A DNA stretch of 64,000 nucleotides from Antedon mediterranea (Eukaryota; Animalia; Echinodermata), in contig NC_092670.1 in the NCBI RefSeq assembly GCF_964355755.1, positions 17,222,795 to 17,286,794 of the forward strand. The letters are read 5' to 3'. The position numbers and the translations under genes were made by a program. The notes beneath the pieces were generated by a model, which did no database searches, was not told the DNA's origin, and worked only from the letters and a program-made list of their open reading frames with translations. Positions 14,501 to 29,500 of this stretch are shown here, one piece after another (position 1 is the stretch's first letter; each line of letters starts with the position of its first letter).

Positions 14501-17500
14501 CCAGTAACATCTCGAATACCGTTCAAACTTCCACCATCCAGAAGCACTGCCACTACAATAGACATTGTATCACCTCCGGCTTTAAGATTTTCGTAAGGAG
14601 TATCATCACTCAGAAGTTTATTGTCAAGTTCTTCCAATATCGCTTCTGCTTCTTCTGTACTTGGAGGTCTAACCTAATAAACAGCAGATCTGATTCGTTC
14701 ATTCATACAATATTAAAATATTCAAAGTTTGTACTTTTCATCTGATGAGTGTGTTAGCCCTGCTAGCATATGGAACAAATGTGTTGTGAAATAAAGTACT
14801 ATGAATTAAGTAAGTTTTATTTTTGATACATCTAGTCCTACCAATGCTCGTTCGAGCACTGCAACCAGACGATCTAGTTATCTCGTACTCACATTATTCA
14901 AAGTATATAGGCCTAACTTACTTATAATTAGCGCATGCGTAGTAATAGGCCCAGGCCTACACTACGCTGGTTGTCAACAATAAAATACACAAACAAGTCG
15001 TTGAGAAATATACATTATTAGGTTAGAAGAATAAAACAAAATGTTTTTTTTTAATTAAAAAAATAGTACCATTATGCATGTAACTCTTGTTTAGATTCAC
15101 TCTTAATGATGAGATGATACTTACAAAGATATCACAGACTTTCAGTCTGGTCGACGACTTCAACTTATCACGAATTTCTACGTGCAATTCCAATTTATAA
15201 TCGTCACTTTCTGGACCAGTCGGAGGCTTCAGATGGTTAAGCTTACCAGTTTCTTGTGTAAATAAGAAGCTGTCCGTTGTCGATAAACTATTTTTAGCTA
15301 ATAATAATTATAATTAAGCTTTAGTTAGTTCTCGCCTAGTGAAAAACCGGCTTCTCAACCTGACGATAATTTATACGCTCGTTTAGTTTCAGGGAGCTTT
15401 CAATTTGCGACGACCGACGACACATTGTCATGACCTAGGTCGACGAAAGCGAAAGTTCCACATTATAGGTAGGCCTACATCCCATGATTTCTTTTTGTAT
15501 AGGATAATAATAACAATGCAGTGTCCACTGATAATCGACAGGTAATGTCTAACACTGGGTTGAAACCTTACCAACCGTACCTGGTGGCTACGGCCCTAAT
15601 GTGGCTCAAACATTTACCGACTCGCGATTAGTTTAAACAATGAATGATGATGAATATTTGACTATTTTCAGAAACGTCCACAAAATATTATATACTGTAC
15701 TAAAAAAATACGTTACCAAAAGCAAGTATATTGTAAAATGGCAATTTCTTTCCAGAAAGTGTACTTACTATAAACTTTATATTCACCAATACCATCAGCG
15801 TCATACCAATTATCACACGTTATATTTACGCTTTCCCCTACTGTTAGTGTAGTTGGAGACTCACAGGTGCAAGTACCGTCATCTGGAGGTATGTTAATAC
15901 CGATTCTGATAGCAGCTACACCATCTACACCGTCAGAATCCGTCGCTACCAGTTCAATCTCATACCGAGTTACTACAGGAAGGCTTTGTTCAACCAACTC
16001 ACGTGATATGTATAATGTACTTGTCTGTATTCCTATTTTTATAAGCAGCATAACATATAGATATGTTTAAAGTACCAAGTAAAATAAAGAGCAACAGATG
16101 GTTGTAACAAAGAGCAAAAACATCTCAAATAGAACTTTATTTTTGAGTTTGTAACAAAGAGCAAAAACATCTCAAATAGAACTCTATCTTTGAGTTTGTA
16201 ACAAAGAGCAAAAACATCTCAAATAGAACTCTATCTTTGAGTGGTCACTCGCAAACACCTTGCAGCGAGCTTCTCCTACTGGACTGCCCACATGAGGACC
16301 TATATCTGCTGATTTATTTATTTAAGTAGAATACACCTAGAAACTAAAATCATGGTCAAATGATATGCCTATGGTACAAATTAAAAATATATATTAAGGT
16401 TACTATACCTGTTGGTTTAGAATCGTAATCATCCCAGGACACCTCAAAATAACCGGTTTCGTTTCCGGGTCGAAGTTTCCATTTATAACTAGTAATATTA
16501 CAAGGCTGAACACATTCCCCAATGACACGAATGTCAGTATCAGAATTTAATACCTGGCCATACTTCGACGGTTCCAATGAGTAAGAAAACGGCGTCCCAT
16601 CCGCAATCCTGAATTTAAAAAAAAAACAAACAAACATCACAAATTAATATATTAAATAATATATATTTAATAATATTAAATCGGAAGGCAAATTTCTAAA
16701 AAAATTACAATGCTGTGTCTTTAAAAATTAAATTAAATTCTTTATTAATAGGCTACATCACAGTTAAGTTGATAAAAAATAACATCAAGAAGACAAGTAA
16801 TAGGCCTAAACAACATCGGCACTTACAAAAGGCAATGGTTAAACAGTCATGAATAATTGTACAAAATGAAATGAATGAATGGATGGATGAATATTGTATA
16901 CATTATAGTACAGAGGATCGGCTGTTAACCCAGGAAGATATCAAAATAACCAAGTATCGTAGGAAAGTTTCATGATACAGCATCACTGTATTTAGGATTA
17001 ATACTATACAAATTACATGTCTACTGGTGCTATTATTATTATTAGTATTGTATTTATAATTGCAATAGACACCATAACAGTTAATGTTAAACCAGAGAGC
17101 AAAATAATCAAGTATTATAGCAAAGTTCCATGATAAAGCGTCACTGTATTTAGGAATGTGTTAGGCCTACAGTTACCTTATAATGGGTTGAGGAGGAGTA
17201 GATTCCGTCAGTCTTAGTTCGAGGTATCTTAACCCTTCATTTTCTCCTTTTATTCCCTTCAGTACAATCTCATAATCAATTTCAGAAATCATACGTGTTG
17301 TGTTTAGAGTATAGTTCGTATGTTGAAGATAGGTCCCATTTTCAGGAAATATCATACCAGGTCCTTTCAAACAGATAATACAATTTATTTAATTTATGAT
17401 TTATAAATACAAGATGATAAATAATGTTCAATTAAATTAAATCAATTAAATGAAAAACCTAAAAGATACTAAGTATATATGTATATACACATCACAGGCA

Positions 17501-20500
17501 CAACAATGAAACATACTGACATTTAATTAATTAATTTGAAGCGATAAAGATGAGAAAATCTATGAGAATGAGAAAAAGTCGTCCCAACCGAGATTCAAAA
17601 CCGGAACCTTTTGCATTCATTCATTCATAATAACATTTAATTCTTATCTTTCATGGTAAACAAAATAACAATTTAAATATAAATAATTAAGAGGCAAAAA
17701 ACCCAGACAGTAATAGCATTTGGAGGTTTCCCTCCAAAAAACACTTGTGACGGGTAGCCAGTTAAGAAGTTGTAATTATACTGAAGTTTGAACAGAAACA
17801 AAACAAGACAAACAAACAAGTAACGCAAGACAAGGACAATTGTTAATAATAATAAAATACTATGTGAGCACAGAAAAACCAAAATAAATATGTTCATTTA
17901 AGCCTATTATTATAAGTTGTTTATGGAGTATAATTTGTTTAGGTTTAAAAGAAAATATTGTTTTGAAGGTGCCATTTTTATTTCGTCGGGAAGATCATTA
18001 AATAATTTTGTGCCACTATAACAGATATTATGTTGCATTAATGTTAATTTGGTAAGGGGAGGGTGTAGGTTACAGGAGGAACCTTCTGCTTCATATGCAG
18101 TAGTTGTCCTAACCATTAGACCAATGGGGCGCGCTTTCATGGTATTGTTCAAACTCGATTGGATAGCGACTCTTTAACATGATGCATCTAGTTACTAGGT
18201 CCTCGCAAATTAAAAACTCCCTATTAATAACATATTCAAACCTCCACAAAAACATCCTCCAAATTCATCTTCTTCAAGATCCATACAGGCTACTTTTCCA
18301 TTGCTGGCTAGCACATCGTCGTTTATGTTCCCAGATGGCCAGTTTTCAGTTTTACGTCGGCAGAATATTTGGAATGTTTCAATGCCCTTAAAACAAACAA
18401 TACAATGAAGATATAATGCCGATGGTCCTTTTTTGCCATATCTGGGCACACTAAAAAATCTATTTGTTTTAAATGTTGAAGAAATAAATTAGATAATAAC
18501 AATAACTAGATTTACTAAAAATGTTTTACAGTAGTTCATGTCAGACGGTAAATATTAGGCCTATCATGTTTTCTGTAGACTTGCCCCAAGTTATTTGTAT
18601 AGTTATTTCGAGGCTTTTCAGAGTTTGTCTCTGGAATACAAGCTCAAGTAGTGCACGTATGAAACGCCATATGTGCCAACATATGGCGTTGAAAAAAATA
18701 GCTCCTAAACCAACATGGAATATTTTTAACTAATATTAAGTCAAAACTCCGTCTTGAACCCAGACTAGATTTTCTACATATAACACGTTTACTTAATTTT
18801 TAATAAAAAATATACCTGTGAAAATGTCTGATCAATATTCGGATCTGTAGAATATGTATATGGTGACAATTCTAGTAACTGTCCCATTCCGATTGATAGT
18901 CTATCAACTTGGCCCTCGACTCCAGCTATGTTTAACGGTAACTTCTGCACATTCACAAAGTGTGTCATACTGGATACAAATACTACTGGTTCTGTTTCCG
19001 ACCTCAACATTTCAACCGTATAAATGAATTTATAAATGCCAACATCCATCTTAAATTTGTCAAATCTAATATCTGCTTCATCATAAGCTGCTGTGTAAAA
19101 TTGGTCTTCAGGATTTAAGGACGCAAGGTCTATTACTCGTTCAACGATTCCGTTTGGTGTGACCTTCGTTAGATTCCAAGATTTTATGTTTTCAACAGTT
19201 TCTTCACAGTTAATAATAGTTTGCGTTGAGATAATCAAGACATCTTTAGAGTTCACAAGACTGGGTAACGTTATATCAGGCTGGTGGTTACGTATTATTA
19301 TATCAGGTACGTGGCAGTTCAGTGTCGTTATTGCAAATGGATATTCTTCCATTAAGGTTGATACAAAATTATACGCTTCTATCCTAAGCACATAACTCTT
19401 TTCTTCGGTGTACGCGTGGGAAATATCGATTTCGGTATTGATTGTTGTCGATTCGACAGCTACATAGTCGTCAGACCCTGAACACATTATTGGTGTGCCA
19501 TAAAATTGCCTTGGAGTTCCATCACCGTAATCAAAAACAATACACGTATTATTACCAACTTGTCCGATTTTAATAGTAAAGTATTTCAAGTCGTTTTGCC
19601 CCGCTAACGGGCCTTCATCAACAACTATGTTTCGTACACTGGATTCAACTTTGATGTTCAAAGTAGATACGTTAGTTGAACTGACTGAGTTGTTAGCCTG
19701 TACGGTTACTGTATAATCACCGATCTAAAAATAATAAAAAACAATTAAAGAAAAAGTATTTAAATCCATTTAAAATATTATAATAATAATAATAATGGTA
19801 GTCTTACAGTATATAGCACCTAATGCAATGATTTATAAAATATCCTAAAATTAAATAATAATAATAAAAAAAAAGAAAGGCAGAGGATCCATTCTCCAGC
19901 ACTTTGAAACTCCCATATATAGAGCGTGGGGCGCAGTGTAATGGGCGCAGTGTAATGGGCGGTCGACTTCTGATCGCGAGACCCGAAGTTCAAGTTGTTG
20001 CATTGCTAGGCAAGACACTTTACTTACGTTTGCCTCTCTCCACCCAGGTGTACAAATGGGCTCATGATAAGTACAAAGATTACTATCTGCAATATACGTT
20101 TTTTATTTCAAAAAATAAATAAATAACAATGGCAATAATGCGACGTGCTTTAGCATTAAGCGCTATGTAAGACCGACATATTATTATTATTATTATGGAT
20201 ATTCTAATATTGTATAACAATATGAGTATTAATTGGATTAAATAAACTGACAATATTTGAAACAACAAATACAAACACAAAGTACATACCGCCAGATAAG
20301 AATGACTGTAGACATCGTCGAATGTAGTTGCAGCTACACCATCACCAAAATCAAAGTATGTGTATTGTAGGTTGCTACCTAATAATAAATACATAATACA
20401 AAAATGTACTCGTCCGTTTAACTTGAATATCAAATCAGTGGGTTCTTTATTAGGCGCTGTGAGAGCACCACATACTACAGTAACAGTTTCACCATAGTCA

Positions 20501-23500
20501 TTATTAATATCAACATTATCGTAATCTTTAAAAGCTATTATCGTACATCCACATTGGCCTACCTTGTAGAACACTTGCAGTAAAAAGTGTCGGTACTTCT
20601 ATTGGGACATGCCATGTGCCACTGACTAGATTAGCATCTTCTGCATCTCTGTACTGCTCTTGTACTGGTATATGACGTGGTGTTACAGAAAAATTATAAA
20701 TAACGTCTGTTATTTCAACCTAACAAAACGATCAATTAAAATATCATTTCATTATTTTTAATATAACAAAAAAAAGGATGCATACAAATATTTTATAAAT
20801 CAATCAAACATTATGACAATAAAATAATGTATACAGCATTGTTAGATGAAAATACGCTGTGCCAAGGCAATCTAACAACAGGACACTGAGCTGTCCTTTG
20901 ATCTTATATCTGGCTGCGACAAATACCAACAGTAAAATCTTCGTTCGCAAAGCAAAGCCAAGGAGGCCTACATATATGAGGCGTGGAACTGATCGTGCCG
21001 TAGCCACAGATAAACCCTTTGATCACCGCAATTCAACATCCTGTTGTTAGATTGCAAACGTTGCAATATCCTTACCAATACTTCATATTCTTCACTATTT
21101 AGTAGATTGGAAAATACTAATTTAAGTGTGTATTCGCCAGAATATGTAAATGAAATTTTCAACGAGCATGACTGTCCGATTGATGTAATATCATAAATGT
21201 CATCGTAAACGACTTCGTCAAAGGCATATCCACCGCTGATCGAGACATCCACAAAAGTGGGTGCTTTAACTGCCGCATTATTATACGTAACAACCGTTGT
21301 AATCACTCCTACAATTTAATATACAATTACATTTGTTATAATAAGTTAAATATATATTTTCGAAACATTTCCTTCAACGTACTGTATATAACACATTTTA
21401 GACAAGTTCAAATACAATCGATTTGTGACGGTGAGCATATGAGAAAAGAACAGGACATTATACTGTATACTGTTGAAAGAAAGAATTTAGCGTGATGAGA
21501 ATGATCACGTCATCTGCTTTGGTTTCACCTAGGACGCACGGCAAGGATGTAAGCGCACCGCAAGTACTGCAATTTGACCAATCACGACGTGATATTCATG
21601 TGATTTCTCTTTTGTCTGTGGTTGGCCAACTCACTTGTTGTGCCGACGTCATTGCATTACCTTTGACATCCCCCAAACCATTAGGTTGAGGACTGTTTGT
21701 AACAATATCATATGCAGCTAAATCGACTGGGTTGTAAACGGTGATGTTAAATTCAAATACTTCATAATTCCACAAATTGCTTGCATTCACTGTTATTGTT
21801 AAATTTCCCGCTGCCTCGAACGAATGAGTGATGTTGTCTGGTACATCAGGCGAGGTTGCTGTTAAAAAGACATATGTAAATAATTTTTAATTTATACCGG
21901 GCATTGTAATACAATAAATACATTATTTTAATAATTTAATTTCAAAATAAATACATATTTTTAACTTCTCTACGACCCTGTTTGTTTTAAGCCTGGTTCG
22001 CAATCTGGCGCAATTGACCAATCACATTCCAATGATCTTGGTCAAATTACTTGCGTTCACCTTCTCCAAGCTTGTACTTGTTAACGGATAACCCTGGCTA
22101 GTACAAGTACTGTCTGTTTGAGCTTATTTTCTAATAACTTGATCATGTCAGATATTGGAGCCAAAAAAAAAAGACTTTAATAGTACTACGTACACACTCT
22201 ATCGACTTCGTCAGGTGTTGATCCATCTCCCCAATCAATGTACAGCGCCGCTGGAATACCACGCTCTAGCCATACAAAGAGTGTCGCTTCTTCTGTAGAA
22301 TCTACAACAGTGTGGTTTATCATTGTCAGTTCTAATCCTGAAATCGATAAGAAAATTACAAAATGTGTTAGCTCAATTGATGCCATTACAATCTAAATCC
22401 ACCTTAAATTTCTGGTAAACGGAATGCAGTTATGTGGGTTTTGAATCAGTTTTCTAAACGCAAAAAAAACACATTCTTATTAATATCGATTAATCGATAA
22501 ATGCTTGGATTTTAATTCAATTATCTACAAAGTTTAATTTAGCCTTTAGCCTAAACATAATGTATGTAAATCACAACATTGTATAGTTTTAAAGTATCTG
22601 GTTAATAGATATAATACCAAAATGCTGGGTTGATGACAAACAGATCGAGCGTCGAATTATCAACATTTCATTCATATATTTAATCTCTATTATATTAGAC
22701 ACACAAAATATATACCTGTTATATTCTGTTGAATAGTAACTGTACATGTTTTCGTTTCAGTGGTCAAACTATTACGGACATCAACCGTAACTGGGTGTTC
22801 CCCATACGTCGGGAATGCGTATGTTATGACCGCTAGAAGTTCTTTAACCAAACTAACTCGGAGATAATGTTGAGTTTCAAAAACCAAAGCATCTGCGACA
22901 TCCAGTACCGAGCCCGTACTGTATGCAACTCCGGAATATTGGTACTCGATAGTGTTATTGGTAATATTCTGCCAACCAAAACCCGCAGCATTCGTTTCAT
23001 AACCAATAACAAAGCCAATATCAGCAAGAGTGCCTCCAATGATGTCAGCTATTGGTATCTGGAAATACTGAGACGCATTTGTTACTGTAAATGTTACTGG
23101 TATAGCTGCCATAACTTTGTAATCAGTTCTTGGGCCGGATTCATCATACCGTGGGTCCTTAGGAGAACACACGCCACCATATTTACACGTACCAGACATT
23201 GCACAGTATACGCCAGTGGTACCACAATAGTCAGTGTATAGTGGATTTGATTTATAGGCAAAGTCATAGTTACAGTTTGCTTCTACATCGCAATTGTTAT
23301 TTTGAGGACAGTAAATGTCGGCACCTGAACACAGTGGTTTTAGGATCTATTATGCAAAAACAACATGAGAATTTGAATTTAGGAAGAAATAAAATTACTG
23401 TATAAACTTTATCCGTTATAATAATGAATATTTCGTTTTTTTTGGCATTTTGTTTTTTGATTTTTTACTTTATGTAATTATTCTAAAAGGTTAATGTGAT

Positions 23501-26500
23501 TGGTAAGTCAACAGAATAAATACATTAAAAGCTTCCTTTCTTTAATAAGCATGTGACCTACAGTAAGACATAGTTGTCCTTTGTCTAATCGCCTCTGGAC
23601 CATTGATATTTAAATTAAAACATAGTACAGTCTTAAATTAAACTACATTTTTTCTTTCAAACGAAACATAATTAAGCTAGATTGTTTAATAAATTGAATT
23701 AATTACGGTAATACAAGAACAATGTTATCTTTATCTTACAAGTATGTTGACTGTACCAGGTGTAGTAACATAGGCCTCTACTGACATGATGTAGCCAGGT
23801 TGTAGGATTTCTAGTCTAGGTAGAACCCATACCGTGGAACCAGAGTTTAACAAGGTACCGTCCATTAAATCCGCCCTTGCATCCTGTGCTATGAATCCAA
23901 TACTATACATAGCAGGACCTATTCAATATTCAATTTCGTTATTTCAGGAAGGAATGAATTAAAAACATTATTTTATTATATTATTAATATACACAGTGAA
24001 AATCTATATTGAATTTATGTTGCAAAACAGTATATACAGTAATTCCTGAGAGATCTCTAGTACCCAACAAAGTACCAAAGGAAGTGTTTTACTGTATGGC
24101 AATTGAAGAACAGCTCCTTAAAGTGGCCTCAAGTCAGTTTGTTGTTAAAATATAGAATTCTCAACAACTTACTACCAATCGCAGTCGTGTTTAACGTGTC
24201 CCCATCCATATCAACATCAACCAACATCTCAGAACCCTTAAACACAGTCAAAGTCATATCAAAATCATTGTTGAGATCTTCCACAATTGGACAAACCAAA
24301 TCGAGGCCATCAGCGTCAATCTGCATTTGAACCAATACATCCGTAGTGTCTTCATCACCCTTTAAAAGAAATGAACAAACATATCTCGCCAATTGTAACA
24401 AATATCTATCAATAAAAAAACGCGCTATTTCACAAACATAATTTTCTAGAAAAAAAGTGCTGAAATTCTATGCGTTCAGTGCGACATGACTCGACTTCGT
24501 ACTAACGTAGTTACGTACAGGTACTATACGTAGTTACGTACAGGTACTATACGTAATTACGTACAGATACAAACTTAAATCATGTTAGTGGTGTATTGCT
24601 AATGTTGCTATGCAGCAAATCTTCAACACATTGTTTTCTAAGCAAATCTATTTCTTGATCTCCGACAAGTTGCGATTTGTTGTATACGCATAAACCTAAC
24701 TCAGAAATTTGCTTTTTCTTCTTTCATTCAGTCATTTATGGAAAGCATATATTTTACTAACGCGTTATTTTGGTTGGTACATGTCTATTATTAAAGAAAT
24801 TTATATTACAAACTTACAGCCAAAAATCCATTTTCTGCTGTGCATTTAACACTGTAGTAACCAGGAATGGCGTAGATATGAGATTGTGTCAACAGTTTTA
24901 TCGGTTCAGTAACAGCGACGCCATCACCAAAATCGAAAGTAAACTCCGGCTCGTAACCAGTAGAAGTAACAGTAATAGAACCAGAAACACCAACAATGAA
25001 CGTAACACCTGTTGTCAAGTTGACTGTAATGGGAGTGTTCAAAGAATCGAACACTTCACAATAACCTATACCGCCACAAGTCTCAGCACCATCCCCGGTA
25101 CAAGGTGCATTGCAAGATGTAGATGTAAAGGCATTCGCCGGTAAATATGTGTTGGTGACAGAACATAAGCAAATGTTTCCCTCTTCAACAGCAGCAAACG
25201 CGTAATCATATTGTGCACATGATATCTGACAGCCAAGTTGGGTAAGTTGATCTGGGTCACGGTTTTCAGGTGGTTCATAAAATACACGAGCCAACTTATC
25301 AACTTCATAGCAACCATGTGTAACTGTGAGAAAGACCACAAACAACCAGTAAGCAGTAGAAATGCACACAACTTTATTCAATAACAGTTTGGGTTGGAAC
25401 TAGTTTAAAGATTGGTTCTCACAAGGACATAAGGGCAAGGCAAGTATTTACCAATCACACGCGACATTTCGTATAATCCATCGTTTGTGATTGGTCAAAT
25501 TTTTGCGATTACGTTCCTGCGTTGCGTCCTTGTGGGAATCAAGCTTAAAAGAGGTTTAAGTTGAAATGGTTATCATAGGACATGGGCACTGTCCGCTAAA
25601 CTTAATTCGTTCTAAGAATAAAATCTATCTATTGGCAAATTATGATAGGCTCTTAATGAGCGAGCCTTTTAGAAAATATTGAATTTTGACAACCAAACAA
25701 AAGAACTCCATACTTTACTAAAAGCTTTTAAAATAACGATACTGATGTTTATGACGTGGTTATAGTAACGTTGTCTGGTTACAAGGATTTCTAATTAACG
25801 GTTCTGTTTAAATTGTAATTCTATATATTAGGCTAATTTGACACTATGGGACTACGTTGTATCTTGTAAGTTGCAAAAAATGGCATCTACATATTTACAT
25901 TGAAAAACAGTAGTTAGTTGAATATTTGTTGACAATTTGTAGGCCTATATTGAGTAGGTAATATTCTGTGGCGTTCCATACCACATTATCTATTCTCATA
26001 TTGTTGTATTTAGGGATTCATCTAGGAGTAAAATTCACAATTCTATTGTTGACATAAAAAAAGCCAAATATGAAATATAAATTAATAACATATTTAAAAA
26101 GATCAGTGTGTCAACTTTGTTACCAGATTTAGAGAATAACGTTACCATGACAACTTATTACCGCTACAATAATCCATAATATACCAACAACTATCAAACT
26201 GACTTCAACAATATAAAACATTTATGAGATGATTAATATGATAAAAATTATTTGAACAAAATTCTGAAGGCAGGCAATATTTTGATAGCTAATTTTGTGC
26301 AAAATAATATAATCGTCATAAAAAAAGCGATGATTATTTTGTCAATAATTGCCATCACGTCTATTATTATAATGCTAGTATCCTTTACTATTGTTATGAT
26401 AACAACATTCAACAACAATGTATTGTAATTTGTAACCATCGAAACACAATAAACTGGAATGTAAAAACTCATATCGTCATTTGGGCTTATTTTTTAGAAT

Positions 26501-29500
26501 TTTTAAATATCTCCCATAGTAGTTCTGTGTATAAATTATATGAATACCAGAGAGGATTTTTTATACAAATCGTGAAACTAACGAATGTTCAAGGCCAAAT
26601 AACAACGAAGAAAATGTTAATTCTACGTGTTCTCCTTTATAAAATGTATCCAAACATTTATTTTTTAGTTTTAGATTAGATTGACAATATTTTCCCTGTA
26701 TCATAGGAATATTCGGTAATACAGAATTTCATGTGTATCACATGTGATGCCTGTATCATGTAAGGTTAGTTTAATTAAAAGGTTATGGTATATGATACTA
26801 AATAGGCGATACATATAAATTACCAAATATTGGAGAAATCTAGATACAGTAACTTTTATTGGGTGAAATAATCATGAAAATATTTTTCCAAATATATTCA
26901 TTGAATTTTATTATTTTGATAACTTAATTTATATATTGGAAATATTTTCTTAATTAAGATCCAGCATCGTAAAACACAATTATATTAAAGTAACAATATT
27001 GATTACTTACCACTGATAACTGGTTGCCAAGTTATCTAGAAGAAAGAGTAAGAATATAACAATGTCACGACTAATATAAAGCGTGTAGCAAACAATAACA
27101 AACGTCGTGTTTGTAAATGGAGGAGGACATTGGTTGAGTTTGTATAGAATAAAAATAATAATATATCTGCTTTATGTAATCTGAGGGACCGGGAAACGTA
27201 TAAGAATAACCTTTTACGTTTTACAAGGCTCCTCATTTCTTCAATGATCTTCCTCTATCTATCCGCAATTCATTATCCTTTTCCTCTTTCAAACCTAGAC
27301 TTGACTTTTCTCCAAACTATGTAATCCTTTTCCAGACTTTAAATTGTAAAATTTTAGATCTAAATATTTATATATATATTATCTATTTTTTTAAAATTTA
27401 ACATATCAGTTATTTTCTATATTTCCAAATTTTCTTATTCCGATTTTTAATTCTCATGTAATTTATTTTATTTATAGGCTTTTGTTTTTCTTTAACTTTT
27501 CTGTTTTTTTGTTGTTGTATTTTGTGTATTGTATCTGTTCTGAGGGTCTCAAATGATCAGCAATTGCTGGATGAATCACCCTCATCAAGTGTCCTTCCTT
27601 CTTCTCTATCCTCACGTACATTAACTAAATTTGGCAGACAATAACAAATTGTTTGGAACGAGGAATAGAATAAAATACCTTACTTGGCAATTGGAACTAA
27701 TTATTCTTAAATGCAGTTTAGATTTTATTAAAAAATAAACAAATTTTTGTTGGAACGAGGAATGGAATAAAATAATTTGGAAACTCAAATTTATTTAAAA
27801 TGTTTTCACATCGAAAAAATAAAGATACAATTAAATAACATTGACTGTTACATTGACATAATAATAACACAGAAACTATCGATGTATACGTATTTATAGC
27901 ATTATTCATAAACATAGCACAGTTCATAAATAACCATATTCTTATTCTTCTATAAAATATTATATTCACCACCACAAACTAAGTTTTATGAGCGATTGTA
28001 TTTTAATAATTTGAACATGAACGCACACGAAGCCACGCGTGTGGAATAATTTCACTGAAATTTGTTGACATAAAAAGCATTCAACCCCACGAATATCTAA
28101 ATCTATAAATATTCTGAATTTAACCACTCTTATGTTGCGTTACAGACCATCTATCTAACGGTGGTTTAGAATCTTTTTACAAGTAAAATAAGAAGAATAA
28201 AAGGGCAATAAAAGTAGGACGAACCCACGTAAGACAAAAAACATGTCATTTGAATTAGGTATTCATTCAAAATGTAATAATAATTTCTATAATAATGATA
28301 TAATGATTTCTAATGCGCACTTCTCCACCACCAAAGGTGCTTAATGCATCTATATTTAAATGTTTTTAATTACAATCACCTTATTCAGATGTAGGCCTAT
28401 CCCTGACTTCCTCAAGCACTCTGTCCCTGTCCAATATTAGCGGATTTCGTTTCGGGACGATAACAAAGGAGATTACAAAATATTATTACCATACGCATAA
28501 GCCCAAAATATTGGGCGATTTTATTTTTTTCTTTTCTTACTCCAATTACGAAAGCACGTTATTATACAGATTCATCTGTGACGAAAATCTGTCTTCCACT
28601 GCATCAAGAATATTTATTTCCTTTCATTTATTATTATTCAAGTCAAACAAACATTATTGCTTGATATAGGAGTTAATTGTTTTAAGTTAAAATACAGATA
28701 TATTATGATTTCAAGAAAAAACATCTTCTAGGTTAAAAGTTAATTCAAAATGGTTAATAATAATAATATCGAACATTTATAAAGCGGTCTTTACCGGAGT
28801 CTCACAGCGCAACATGAAAAGAATAACTATTGAAACAGGTGAGTTTTAGGAGAGATTTGAATTAAAAAAATGTGGAATGAGGAAGTTGGTTCCATATCTC
28901 TGGTACCTGAGCAAAGAAGCCCTTAGGTACGGATTAAGGTTAGTTCTAGGTGGTGTTAACTATTGGTTACTCTTGTGGTTGGATTTCAACTTCCCTACTA
29001 ATACCCCTTTCACACCAAAAGCAAAACTCCGGAGACACTGTTGCTAGGTTGGTGTGAAAGGGGTATCTCCGGAGTTTTTCGACGTTTTGAATGGTCCTAA
29101 ACCCCGGGGTGTCTCCGGAGATCACTCCGGAGTTTTGGTGTGAAAGGGGTATAAGTGAGGACATTGAAAACATTTAAATAGGCAATAGGAAATCAACTGA
29201 TCATTTTTCACCTTTAACCTGCCAAAACAGAATTGATGAAAAATCATTCAGCGAGAAAGGTTACATTACGTCATCTGTACTACTAAAACGCTTCACCTCA
29301 TTTAAATAAATGAATTAATACCACTTGTTAATTTCATGTAAATGATTTGTCTATCAAAAAAATCGTTGCAATTGATTTACTGAGACCTAAAACTGTGGTA
29401 GAATTAACTTAATTAACAGAAATCAATTTATAAAATGTATTACATCGGGTTCAAGGAGATTAACGAATTGATACAGATAGGGTCTTGGTAATTTTTTGGT

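Noticed and set aside
24806-25381. ORF-track start MNKVVCISTAYWLFVVFL as the polycystin signal peptide
   Set aside because: It begins at a non-ATG codon in intron sequence; a good acceptor at 25324-25325 and two upstream exons give a proper ATG-initiated signal peptide.
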